From: a virus
Reading direction: 5' to 3' (one strand)
IMG/VR virus record: IMGVR_UViG_3300027833_000017
Length of the DNA: 64,000 nucleotides
Shown: positions 1 to 9,395 of the stretch, piece after piece
How positions within the stretch are numbered: position 1 is the stretch's first letter
Layout of the letters: every line of letters begins with the position of its first letter
The notes under the pieces: model-generated
Told to the model about the DNA's origin: nothing
What the model saw: the letters and a program-made list of their open reading frames with translations, nothing else
Databases searched by the model: none
Made by a program: the position numbers and the translations under genes

Positions 1-819
1 GGTAATAATGGAGTTGACGGAAACAATGGAACTTCAGGAATTAGTGGAACTTCAGGAATAAATGGAACATCTGGAATTGATGGAGTTGACGGAAACGACG
101 GAACTTCAGGACTTTCTGGAACTTCAGGAATAAATGGAACTTCAGGAGTTGATGGAGTTAAAGGTGATCAAGGTGACGCTGGAACTTCAGGAATTAATGG
201 AGCTAAAGGTGATCAAGGTGACGCTGGAACTTCAGGAGTTGACGGAACATCTGGAATTGACGGAGCTAAAGGTGATCAAGGTGACGCTGGAACTTCAGGA
301 GTTAATGGAACTTCAGGAGTTGATGGAAACGATGGAACATCAGGAGTTGATGGAACTTCAGGAGTTGATGGAGCTAAAGGTGATCAAGGTGACGCTGGAA
401 CTTCAGGAACTAATGGTTCTTCAGGAATTAATGGAACTTCAGGAGTTGATGGAAACGATGGAACATCAGGAGTTGATGGAACTTCAGGAGTTGATGGAGC
501 TAAAGGTGATCAAGGTGACGCTGGAACTTCAGGAGTTAATGGAACTTCAGGAGTTGATGGAAACGATGGAACATCAGGAGTTGATGGAACTTCAGGAGTT
601 GATGGAGCTAAAGGTGATCAAGGTGACGCTGGAACTTCAGGAACAAATGGTTCTTCAGGAGTTAATGGAACATCTGGAATCAATGGAGTTAAAGGTGATC
701 AAGGTGACGCCGGAACTTCAGGTATTGATGGAGTTGACGGAGCTAATGGAGCCACTGGACCGCAAGGACCGGAAGGACCACAGGGGCCGGAAGGAGCAGC
801 TGGAGCAAATGGATCTGGA
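1..819 (+). repeat. Coding Gly-X-Y repeat (GTS/GVD/GIN units plus 7 G(A/V)KGDQGDA cassettes)
   Basis: 9-bp periodicity (ggaacttca, ggagttgat); aaaggtgatcaaggtgacgc occurs 7 times between 154 and 711. Confidence 0.95.
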
Positions 820-1368
820 ATTGCAGGAGGAGGAACAACGGGTCAAGCACTTGTTAAATCTTCAAACGTTGATTACGAAGTTGAATGGTCAGACGTTGCA
901 ACTGGATCAGGTGGAACTTATTATTGTGTAAGAGCAGAATACACTGCATCGCAAGCTTTAGGTGGGTGTGAATTTATCGATCCAAGTGGATCAGGTGTAT
1001 TTGAAACATCTAACGCATCTATAGGAACACGTGCTGGTGATAATCAAGAATTTTCATTCAGTGGTCAAAATCAACCACCGAAAGCAATTCTTGTATATGC
1101 ATATCAAGCCAACAATTCAAGATATGTTATAACGCATTTAGACGGTGGTGGTAACAACGCATCATTCTATGCACAAGGTATTACAGAATCTGCGCACTCG
1201 TCTAGTTTTAGTATTGGTAATCAAGTTACAACTGATTTATTCACTAACTTTAGTGCAGCTAAAATTAAATTAGATTTAGGTATGGGTAATATCGATGCAG
1301 TAAGAAATGCTGGTGGATTTGGTCAAACAACTAAAGAAGCTCACGCATTTATAATATTCAAATTTTAA
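1..1368 (+). CDS. Collagen-like (Gly-X-Y) fibre protein, 5'-truncated by window; missed by ORF track
   Basis: Frame 1 is open from base 1 (GNNGVDGNNGTSGISGTS...) to TAA at 1366-1368. Gly-X-Y runs to ~819, then GGGTTGQALVKSSNVDYEVEW (motif typical of phage fibres) and a globular C-terminal domain. Confidence 0.9.
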   Translation, partial: GNNGVDGNNGTSGISGTSGINGTSGIDGVDGNDGTSGLSGTSGINGTSGVDGVKGDQGDAGTSGINGAKGDQGDAGTSGVDGTSGIDGAKGDQGDAGTSGVNGTSGVDGNDGTSGVDGTSGVDGAKGDQGDAGTSGTNGSSGINGTSGVDGNDGTSGVDGTSGVDGAKGDQGDAGTSGVNGTSGVDGNDGTSGVDGTSGVDGAKGDQGDAGTSGTNGSSGVNGTSGINGVKGDQGDAGTSGIDGVDGANGATGPQGPEGPQGPEGAAGANGSGIAGGGTTGQALVKSSNVDYEVEWSDVATGSGGTYYCVRAEYTASQALGGCEFIDPSGSGVFETSNASIGTRAGDNQEFSFSGQNQPPKAILVYAYQANNSRYVITHLDGGGNNASFYAQGITESAHSSSFSIGNQVTTDLFTNFSAAKIKLDLGMGNIDAVRNAGGFGQTTKEAHAFIIFKF

Positions 1369-1381
1369 TAAACTAAACTAA

Positions 1382-1399
1382 GGGCGACTTCGGTCGCCC
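1382..1399. other. GC-rich hairpin with C(UUCG)G tetraloop
   Basis: gggcgac-ttcg-gtcgccc in an intergenic gap; no U-tract on the + strand. Confidence 0.7.
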
Positions 1400-1423
1400 A
1401 AATAATAATATAGAAAGCAAACT

Positions 1424-3298
1424 ATGTCAACATTTACACCAATAACCTTAAATGGAACTGTATCCACGATTAGTGCCCAATTGGCTTACGGAGAAAACGA
1501 TGGAACAGGAATGTCTTTACAGAATCAAACTTATAACATAACGATTTCTGTAAATGCACAATCAACTGGAGATGGTTCCTCTAGAAAAGCAAACGAATAT
1601 AACGGCATCGACGTTTCTGAAGGAATGTGGATATCAGATGCTCAAGGTCAAACGATCTTAAGAATTAAATCAATCTCAGCCAAAACCGAAGGTATTGTAG
1701 AATTAATTGCAGAAGATGTAGATATGTTATCTTTTAGATTAAATAATATTAATTCTTTCGCACAAGGTGGAGGTATTATTGTATTTAGTAATAATTCTGA
1801 AGGAGAAGCAATCATTACTGATACTAGTGCATTTGCTGCAGGTGGTTTAGATAAAGTACAAAGTAGATTTGTTGTAAACGAGGCCGATGATAGAGTTAAA
1901 TTTTCACATACTTCTGCACCCTCTGTTGACAAAGGTGATGTAATAACAATTAATACAAGTGGAGATTTAGTAAAATTCGGAGCAGTTGGTGCTATAAATC
2001 AAAAAATAGGTACAGTATTAGACAGTATTAGAAGTGGTAAAGATGTATTCGTAAAACCATTTAATGATATTATTAGAAATTATAAAAATCCAGAAGCATT
2101 AACAGGTTCACCGGGTTCTATTTATTATACAGACTTAAATAATCCAGGTGAAATCACAACAGTTGCGGGTGGCAAAGCAAGTTATTTACAATTAAATAAT
2201 AAAATAGCTTCTTCTAAAATAGTAGGAACTGCATTACCAGGATCTAACGATGTTGTTATTATTAATGGTACTACTGTACATGACGGTCCTAATGGAGATA
2301 GCGTAACTTCTATTAATGACTTTAAAACAAATATTAATAATCTTGGATTAGATGTTACTGCGACTGCATCAGCAACTCCAGTAAGTATTCAAGGAGGTGA
2401 TATAGAACCTAACTATGCATCTAACGATTATTATAGTGTAAGTGATTCTTATATTGTAACGGGTAAACAAGGTGATACACCTGCAATTGGTGAAATTACA
2501 ATAGGCGATGGTGTAAATCCACCACAAACTATTTTATTTGATAATCCAGACGATACATTAAATTTAGGAGATGTTTATGATGTTATTTCTCCAACGGCAA
2601 TATTAGCTAAATTTCAAGCGGCTATTAATGTAGGTGGTTTAGATCTTGAAGCTGGACTAGTAACTATGTCTGCATACGATGGGCAAACTGTAAAAATCTC
2701 AACAAAGGGATCAGCTACTCAAGTTGTTTTAACTAATGTAAATCCAGCAGCGTTTGGTAATAATGTTGTAGGAACTGCATCGTGGACAGGAATTGGAATG
2801 TCAGCTACAGTTGGTGCTCCAGTTTTAACTTTGAATAGAGCAGCTGGTGGTCCAATTGAAATTACAGGTTCACCAATTACCGGTGGATGGATTAATTCTA
2901 ATGGAGCGGTTTCTTCAAATTCAGGTAGAGTTCCTTATTTATTATTAATTGAATCAAGTGGCGGTGGAACAACTGCACGTGGTGTTAGCACATCTACAGA
3001 TTTAAATAAAACATCTAATGTTACAGCTAATGATGGTGATTCAACAGGAATTAATATAACATATACACCATTTGATGATTCAGTAGTAACTATTAAAGTA
3101 AATGGTATGGAAATTAATCTAGGTGACGGAGTTAAATCAGAAGCATCTTATTTTTCAAATGACGGTGGAACATCTGCAAGATTAATTAAAGACATTGCAG
3201 CTGGAGATACTCTTTATTGGAACGGCTCAATTGCAGGTTATGAATTAGATGCAACAGATGATATCGATGTTGGATACGAAAAATCAAGTTTAGATTAA
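1424..3298 (+). CDS. Putative virion structural/decoration protein (624 aa)
   Basis: G/T/S/N-rich beta-type composition; C-terminal IKVNG...GYELDATDDI domain shared with next gene; lies among fibre genes. Confidence 0.6.
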   Translation: MSTFTPITLNGTVSTISAQLAYGENDGTGMSLQNQTYNITISVNAQSTGDGSSRKANEYNGIDVSEGMWISDAQGQTILRIKSISAKTEGIVELIAEDVDMLSFRLNNINSFAQGGGIIVFSNNSEGEAIITDTSAFAAGGLDKVQSRFVVNEADDRVKFSHTSAPSVDKGDVITINTSGDLVKFGAVGAINQKIGTVLDSIRSGKDVFVKPFNDIIRNYKNPEALTGSPGSIYYTDLNNPGEITTVAGGKASYLQLNNKIASSKIVGTALPGSNDVVIINGTTVHDGPNGDSVTSINDFKTNINNLGLDVTATASATPVSIQGGDIEPNYASNDYYSVSDSYIVTGKQGDTPAIGEITIGDGVNPPQTILFDNPDDTLNLGDVYDVISPTAILAKFQAAINVGGLDLEAGLVTMSAYDGQTVKISTKGSATQVVLTNVNPAAFGNNVVGTASWTGIGMSATVGAPVLTLNRAAGGPIEITGSPITGGWINSNGAVSSNSGRVPYLLLIESSGGGTTARGVSTSTDLNKTSNVTANDGDSTGINITYTPFDDSVVTIKVNGMEINLGDGVKSEASYFSNDGGTSARLIKDIAAGDTLYWNGSIAGYELDATDDIDVGYEKSSLD

Positions 3299-3327
3299 TA
3301 TAATATAAATTAATATAAAAAAAACTT

Positions 3328-3368
3328 AAAAAAATGCCGAGCATGACGTAAAATGTTCGGCATTTTTT
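3328..3368 (+). terminator. Intrinsic terminator
   Basis: aaaatgccgagcat-loop-atgttcggcatttttt. Confidence 0.7.
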
Positions 3369-3426
3369 ATATATAATATCAAGAGGACAATAATGTCCTT
3401 AGGCCTAAAAATAACATATATAAAAC

Positions 3427-4632
3427 ATGGCACAATTAAAAGTAAAACAAATTTCTGATTTCGTATCTGCAGTTGCGGCTGTACATGACGGAGCAATCGG
3501 AACAGGTACCGTAACGGGTATTTCAGTCGCAAAGTCTGAAGCAATTTCAACTGCAGTTTCTGCAGATGTTGTGTTGTTAAGCTCTGCTAAGTCTTATGCT
3601 GACGTTGCTGAAGCTGACGCTATAACTGCTGCAGCAACTGCTGCTGAAAGCTATGCTGATGGTTTAGCTGGTAACTATGATGCTGCTGGTTCTGCTGCAA
3701 CTGCATTAGTTGACGCAAAAGCTTATGCTGATCAAGCTGAGTTAGATGCTGAATCTGAAGCAGGAAGATTAGATGCAATCGTTCTTTCTTCTGCTAAGTC
3801 TCACTCTAACTTACAAAAAGATAGAATTGATGCATTATTATTGGATTCTGACTCTACGTTGGATACATTTGCTGAGATTAAGACTTTCGTAGATGGATTA
3901 GACACTAGTGATGTAGACGGATTATCTTCTGCAATTTCAACAGGTGATTCTACTGCAATTTCAACTGCAGTTTCTGCAGATGTTGTAGTATTAAGCTCTG
4001 CTAAGTCTTACGCTGACGTTGCTGAATCTGACGCTGTAGCTACGGCTTCTGCTGACGCAACATCAAAAGCTAACGCTGCACAGGGTGCTGCTGAAAGTTA
4101 TGCTGATGGTTTAGCTGGTAACTATGATGCTGCTGGTTCTGCTGCAACTGCATTAGTTGACGCAAAAGCTTATGCTGATCAAGCTGAGTTAGATGCTGAA
4201 TCTGAAGCAGGAAGATTAGATGCAATCGTTCTTTCTTCTGCTAAGTCTTACGCTGACGTTGCTGAATCTGACGCTGTATCTACTGCTGCCGGTGATGCAA
4301 CATCAAAAGCTAACGCTGCACAATCTGCTGCTGAAACAAATGCTGCATCTTACACAGACGGAAGAGAATCTAGCATCTTATCTACATTAAGAGGTGAAAT
4401 TTCTAGTCTTGCTGGAACTGATAAGCTTGAGCAAACTGGAACATTTGGTTCTACAACTTCGTTTAGCGTTGCAACTGAAATCGACTTAGACAATGACGAT
4501 ATCTTAGTATTCGTTAACGGTTTACAGATTTCAGATTACACGACTACTGATGGCTTAGCCTTCACAGTTTCTGGTTTAGGTTATGACTTAGAAAACACTG
4601 ATGACATTATCGTTAGAGGTGTTGCTGAGTAA
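3427..4632 (+). CDS. Ala-rich coiled-coil fibre/stalk protein (401 aa)
   Basis: AKSYAD/AKAYAD stalk repeats; DSTLDTFAEI motif seen in phage fibres; C-terminal VFVNG...GYDLENTDDI domain. Confidence 0.7.
   Translation: MAQLKVKQISDFVSAVAAVHDGAIGTGTVTGISVAKSEAISTAVSADVVLLSSAKSYADVAEADAITAAATAAESYADGLAGNYDAAGSAATALVDAKAYADQAELDAESEAGRLDAIVLSSAKSHSNLQKDRIDALLLDSDSTLDTFAEIKTFVDGLDTSDVDGLSSAISTGDSTAISTAVSADVVVLSSAKSYADVAESDAVATASADATSKANAAQGAAESYADGLAGNYDAAGSAATALVDAKAYADQAELDAESEAGRLDAIVLSSAKSYADVAESDAVSTAAGDATSKANAAQSAAETNAASYTDGRESSILSTLRGEISSLAGTDKLEQTGTFGSTTSFSVATEIDLDNDDILVFVNGLQISDYTTTDGLAFTVSGLGYDLENTDDIIVRGVAE
3640..4248 (+). repeat. 162-bp intragenic direct repeat (3640-3801 and 4087-4248)
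   Basis: Near-identical copies encoding AAESYADGLAGNYDAAGSAATALVDAKAYADQAELDAESEAGRLDAIVLSSAKS. Confidence 0.9.
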
Positions 4633-4672
4633 TAACTCAATCTACAATACTTAATTTAAGTATTAATTTTTT

Positions 4673-4702
4673 AAAGGCTCGCCCAATCGGGCGGGCCTTT
4701 TT
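4673..4702 (+). terminator. Intrinsic terminator
   Basis: aaaggctcgccc-aatc-gggcgggccttttt. Confidence 0.85.
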
Positions 4703-4739
4703 AATTAAATCTAATATATAATAAAAACCAAATATCAAC

Positions 4740-5951
4740 ATGAACATAGGAATTACTATAAGTTTAGGATCAGAGAATGAAAGTCTTTGGATAAATGGTA
4801 TAAAACTAAATGCGCTTTATTTATTAAAAGCTTTGAAAGAAATAGGATATAATGTATACATATTAAATGCAAGTGAAGTCAAAGCTCCTTATGAGAACAA
4901 AGTAACATGGGATATTGAACAATTCCCAATATACGATTACTATGACAAGTATGCAGATACAGATCTTATGATTTGGTTGGGTGCAACTTACGGCGATAAA
5001 ACTATAGAGGAGTTTAAGAAAACAGGTTATGGTAAAAAAGTAGTCAAATATATTTGTGGTAATAATTATATGAATGATTTAGAGGGTTCTATGTTTAATA
5101 GTGGACCTGATGCTACTGGATATAATCAATCATTAGACGAAGTGTGGTATGTTCCACAACAAGGCGAATTAAATATTGAATATTTTAGAGTAATGCATAA
5201 TTTACCAGTAAATAAAGTAAGACCCGTTCCTTTTGTATGGGATCCTGTATTTTTAGATAAAACATGTGAAGTGTATAATAATTCAAAGACAATAATTGAA
5301 AACAGACCAATTCCAGTGTATGTTCCTGGAAAAGAAAATAAAGACAAACAAATTGCATGTTTTGAACCCAATATTGGCACACAAAAATGGCACTTTATAA
5401 ATTTATTGATAGCAGAAGATTATTATAATAAAGGAGGTAAATTTAAAAAACTAAATATCATGTGCGGTGAAGACATGTTAAAAAACAAATATTATCAATC
5501 TTTATTAACCCACCTTTCATTATATAAATTATCTGGAACAACAGATCATAAATTATCATACCTCCCTAGACTAAGAGCTATTGATGCTATGGCACAATTA
5601 ACAGATGTAGTTATTGCACACCAATATGATAATCCATTAAATTATTCATACTTAGACGCACTCTATTTACAGTTTCCACTAGTACATAACGCAACTATGA
5701 TTAAGGACGCCGGATATTATTATGATGGTAACTTAATTGGACAGGGTTCTCGACAACTTAAACAGGCTATCGAAAATCATGACAATAACATAGAAACATA
5801 TAATGAAAATAGCGAAAGGGTTTTAACTAGATATACTGTATTTAACGAGGGTTTAATAGAAACATATAAACAACTAATTGAAACCACAATGGGAATTAAG
5901 GATCATAAACTAAGATCTACATATGATTGGAAAACAAATCTATACAAGTAG
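4740..5951 (+). CDS. DUF2827-like putative GT-B glycosyltransferase
   Basis: MNIGITI..SLWINGIKLNA start, FEPNI, and DVVIAHQYDNPLNYSYLDALYLQFPLVHN motifs recalled from the DUF2827 family. Confidence 0.7.
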   Translation: MNIGITISLGSENESLWINGIKLNALYLLKALKEIGYNVYILNASEVKAPYENKVTWDIEQFPIYDYYDKYADTDLMIWLGATYGDKTIEEFKKTGYGKKVVKYICGNNYMNDLEGSMFNSGPDATGYNQSLDEVWYVPQQGELNIEYFRVMHNLPVNKVRPVPFVWDPVFLDKTCEVYNNSKTIIENRPIPVYVPGKENKDKQIACFEPNIGTQKWHFINLLIAEDYYNKGGKFKKLNIMCGEDMLKNKYYQSLLTHLSLYKLSGTTDHKLSYLPRLRAIDAMAQLTDVVIAHQYDNPLNYSYLDALYLQFPLVHNATMIKDAGYYYDGNLIGQGSRQLKQAIENHDNNIETYNENSERVLTRYTVFNEGLIETYKQLIETTMGIKDHKLRSTYDWKTNLYK

Positions 5952-5954
5952 CAT

Positions 5955-6560
5955 ATGTCTATTGATCCTAACAAAATAATTTTTAAAAGATTAATTAGAG
6001 AGTATGAATTTTTATTAGAAGATTTAGAAGATATAAAAACTGCTAATTCTGAAATAAAAAATAAATTTATGCAAGAACTTTCAGAAATTGATAATGATGG
6101 TATATTAGAATCTGAAGAAATGGAAAACGCCGCTGATTCATGGGCAAATAGTAAGAAAGAAGAGGAAGATTTAGAAAAAGAAACTAATAAACACCCAGAT
6201 TTTAAAAAATTATTTAGAAAATCAGTAATAAAGTGTCACCCTGATAAATTAACACATGACATATCACATGATGAGAAAGATAAATATAAAAAGATATATG
6301 AGGATTTGGTAGATGCCAATGAAACTGAAGATTGGGCAAGTTTAATAACATGTGCAATTAAATTAGAAATAGAATTACCTTCTTCGGCATATGATCAAAT
6401 TAGATCTATAGAAGAAAGTATATTAAAACTAAAAAATAAACAAGAAAATATATTAAATTCAACACCGTGGAACTGGTATAAAACAACAAATAATGACTCA
6501 AAATTAGATATATTAAAACAACATCTTAATTTTATGTCATTATTAACTAATAAAAAATAA
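5955..6560 (+). CDS. J-domain-containing co-chaperone-like protein
   Basis: Internal FKKLFRKSVIKCHPDKL with HPD motif, flanked by coiled coils. Confidence 0.65.
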   Translation: MSIDPNKIIFKRLIREYEFLLEDLEDIKTANSEIKNKFMQELSEIDNDGILESEEMENAADSWANSKKEEEDLEKETNKHPDFKKLFRKSVIKCHPDKLTHDISHDEKDKYKKIYEDLVDANETEDWASLITCAIKLEIELPSSAYDQIRSIEESILKLKNKQENILNSTPWNWYKTTNNDSKLDILKQHLNFMSLLTNKK

Positions 6561-6610
6561 TTTTTATTAGTTAGTTTCTTCCAGGGACTAAAAACTTGGT
6601 ACATTAACAA

Positions 6611-6618
6611 GATATATA
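6611..6618 (+). promoter_or_regulatory. Putative late promoter GATATATA
   Basis: Motif recurs upstream of structural genes; resembles the T4 late promoter TATAAATA. Confidence 0.5.
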
Positions 6619-6646
6619 ATATAACGTAAAAAAGAATAAATCATTC

Positions 6647-9370
6647 ATGTCTCAATTGAAACTAAAACAAATACTTGACTTTTTATCTTCTTCACCAGCA
6701 ACAGGTGAAGTATTGTCATATAATGCAAGTACCGGAAAGTATGAAAACCAACAATTACCAAATACGTTTGGACTTCCTTATGTTTATAATAACGCAACAA
6801 ATCCCACGACAGTTTCTTCTGGTGATTTAGCGTTTGATAACCCTAGTAATCCTAGTAAAATAATTGTAAGTGAAACTAATGCTAGAGGTGGTTCAGCAAC
6901 CGTAACATTAAATGCTGCAGTCGCTTCATCTAATAATTATAAATCTATTATTGTATTAGCAAAATCAACTGATGGTAATGCAAATAAATCATTCTATGTA
7001 ACAGGAAACACAACTGCTTCTGGACAAAGAACATTTAACTTACAACCTATTTCAAGTTCTAATTGGAATAATGTTAGTGATAATGATTCTTTATTTATGT
7101 TTATTCAACCTATTGGTGATGTTGGAACATCAGGAACTTCGGGATCAAATGGATCAAGTGGAAGTTCAGGAACTGATGGAACGAGTGGTGTAAGTGGGAC
7201 TTCAGGTTCTTCGGGAACAAACGGTTCAAGTGGAAGTTCAGGAACTAACGGAACTTCAGGAACCGATGGAACTTCAGGATCAAGTGGATCAAGTGGAAGT
7301 TCAGGAACTGATGGTACTAGTGGAACTAACGGAACTTCAGGAACGGATGGTTCTAGTGGATCTTCAGGAACGGATGGAACAAGTGGAGTTGATGGTGTTA
7401 AAGGTGACAATTATAGTGGAGCAACTTTATCTGGAAATAATTTAATATTAACTCATTCTCAAAATGGCAATGAAATTGTAGGTAGAGTAGTATATGTTGG
7501 AACATCAGGAACTGATGGATCAAGCGGAAGTTCAGGTTCAAGCGGATCTTCAGGAATTACAGGTACAATTGCAGTAGGAACAGTATCTACTGGATTAGAA
7601 AATACACCGGTAAGTGTTACTAATACTGGAACCTCAACTGCAGCTGAATTTGATTTTACTATTCCTGTTGGTGCAACTGGAGCAAAAGGTAATCCTGGAA
7701 CTCCAGCAATTAATGGAACTAACGGATCTTCTGGATCGAGCGGTGTTAAAGGACAAAAAGGAGCTCCAGGTACAAGCGGTACTGATGGAACTTCAGGAAC
7801 GAATGGAACTTCAGGAACGAATGGAACAAATGGAAGTTCGGGTTCAAGCGGTTCTTCAGGAACTGATGGAACTTCAGGAACGAATGGAACTTCAGGAACG
7901 AATGGAACTTCAGGAACTGACGGATCAAGTGGAACTTCAGGAACTGATGGAAGTTCAGGAACTGATGGAACTTCAGGAACGAATGGAACATCAGGGACTA
8001 ACGGATCAAGTGGATCTTCAGGTTCAAGTGGAAGTTCAGGAACTGATGGAACTTCAGGAACTGATGGAACTTCAGGAACGAATGGAACTTCAGGAACGAA
8101 TGGAAGTTCAGGTTCTTCAGGAACTGACGGTACAAGTGGAACAAACGGAAGTTCAGGAACTGATGGAACTAGCGGTATCAATGGTACAAGTGGAACGAAT
8201 GGAACAAACGGAAGTTCGGGTTCTTCAGGAACGAATGGAACAAACGGATCTTCTGGATCAAGTGGATCTTCAGGTGCACAAGGTAATCCAGGTTGGGGTG
8301 TTTCAATGCAAGGACAAGTAGCTACATCATCAAATTTACCAACAAGTGGTAATTCTGACGGTGATGCATATATAGTACAGTCAGACGATTCTCTTTGGGT
8401 ATTTACACAAGCAGATGGTTGGATTGGAGGTGGTTCTATTCAAGGACCAGCTGGTTCTTCAGGGACTAATGGAACAAATGGAAGTTCAGGTTCTTCAGGA
8501 ACTGATGGAAGTTCAGGTTCAAGTGGAAGTTCAGGAACTGATGGAACTTCAGGAACTAACGGAACTTCAGGAACCGATGGAACTTCAGGATCAAGTGGAT
8601 CAAGTGGAAGTTCAGGAACTGATGGAACGTCTGGTACAAATGGTACAAGTGGAACGAATGGTACAAGCGGATCTTCAGGTTCAAGCGGAAGTTCAGGAAC
8701 TGACGGTACTAGTGGAACTAACGGAACTTCAGGTTCTTCAGGAACTGATGGAACTAGTGGAACAAACGGAACTTCAGGTTCAAGTGGATCTAGCGGTTCT
8801 TCAGGAACGAATGGAACTTCAGGAACGAATGGAACTTCAGGAACGAATGGAACTTCAGGAACAAACGGAAGTTCGGGTTCTTCAGGAACGAATGGAACTA
8901 ACGGATCTTCTGGATCAAGTGGTTCTTCAGGTTCTTCAGGTTTAAAAGGTAATACTGGTACTTCTAATACCTATGCAACTGCAATGAATCAACATACAAA
9001 AACTGATTCAAATGTTGAGCATCATGATTTATATTTAACAGGTGCTTTAAAAAGAAATATTATATCGGTTAACGGCGTTGGAGGTGTTTATGACATTAAG
9101 CCTAAACTAGGTGACGCATTTGCATTTACAGCAACGGGATTAATTGATATTACAATGTCTAACATAGGTAACGACAACATAGGTCAATCTGGAACTATAG
9201 TAATTCATAACGGTGCAGGTGCAGGATACAATCCATTACCATCTTATATGAAAACACCCTCAGGTGCTGACATTCAATGGGTAACTACTCCTGGTGCAGT
9301 ATCTATTATATCATATATTATAATAGATGTTGACGCAGTATTAGTTAACTACATTGGAAATTTTGCGTAA
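6647..9370 (+). CDS. Collagen-like (GTS/GTN/GSS) fibre protein (907 aa)
   Basis: Several long Gly-X-Y blocks separated by small globular inserts; C-terminal GQSGTIVI...ISYII domain typical of phage fibre tips. Confidence 0.85.
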   Translation: MSQLKLKQILDFLSSSPATGEVLSYNASTGKYENQQLPNTFGLPYVYNNATNPTTVSSGDLAFDNPSNPSKIIVSETNARGGSATVTLNAAVASSNNYKSIIVLAKSTDGNANKSFYVTGNTTASGQRTFNLQPISSSNWNNVSDNDSLFMFIQPIGDVGTSGTSGSNGSSGSSGTDGTSGVSGTSGSSGTNGSSGSSGTNGTSGTDGTSGSSGSSGSSGTDGTSGTNGTSGTDGSSGSSGTDGTSGVDGVKGDNYSGATLSGNNLILTHSQNGNEIVGRVVYVGTSGTDGSSGSSGSSGSSGITGTIAVGTVSTGLENTPVSVTNTGTSTAAEFDFTIPVGATGAKGNPGTPAINGTNGSSGSSGVKGQKGAPGTSGTDGTSGTNGTSGTNGTNGSSGSSGSSGTDGTSGTNGTSGTNGTSGTDGSSGTSGTDGSSGTDGTSGTNGTSGTNGSSGSSGSSGSSGTDGTSGTDGTSGTNGTSGTNGSSGSSGTDGTSGTNGSSGTDGTSGINGTSGTNGTNGSSGSSGTNGTNGSSGSSGSSGAQGNPGWGVSMQGQVATSSNLPTSGNSDGDAYIVQSDDSLWVFTQADGWIGGGSIQGPAGSSGTNGTNGSSGSSGTDGSSGSSGSSGTDGTSGTNGTSGTDGTSGSSGSSGSSGTDGTSGTNGTSGTNGTSGSSGSSGSSGTDGTSGTNGTSGSSGTDGTSGTNGTSGSSGSSGSSGTNGTSGTNGTSGTNGTSGTNGSSGSSGTNGTNGSSGSSGSSGSSGLKGNTGTSNTYATAMNQHTKTDSNVEHHDLYLTGALKRNIISVNGVGGVYDIKPKLGDAFAFTATGLIDITMSNIGNDNIGQSGTIVIHNGAGAGYNPLPSYMKTPSGADIQWVTTPGAVSIISYIIIDVDAVLVNYIGNFA

Positions 9371-9395
9371 TAATAGAATAAATTAGAGGAACAAT

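Noticed and set aside
134-931. Track ORF MELQELMELKVIKVT... (265 aa)
   Set aside because: Shadow frame of the Gly-X-Y repeat; the real CDS is frame 1 (1-1368), which continues into a non-repetitive domain
3640-4248. DGR template/variable repeat pair
   Set aside because: Both copies are in frame within one gene with no adenine-specific variation; no reverse transcriptase in the window
7105-8945. Overlapping ORFs (PEVP.., MELQE.., FLKFH..) on both strands
   Set aside because: Alternative frames left stop-free by the 9-bp collagen repeat of 6647-9370
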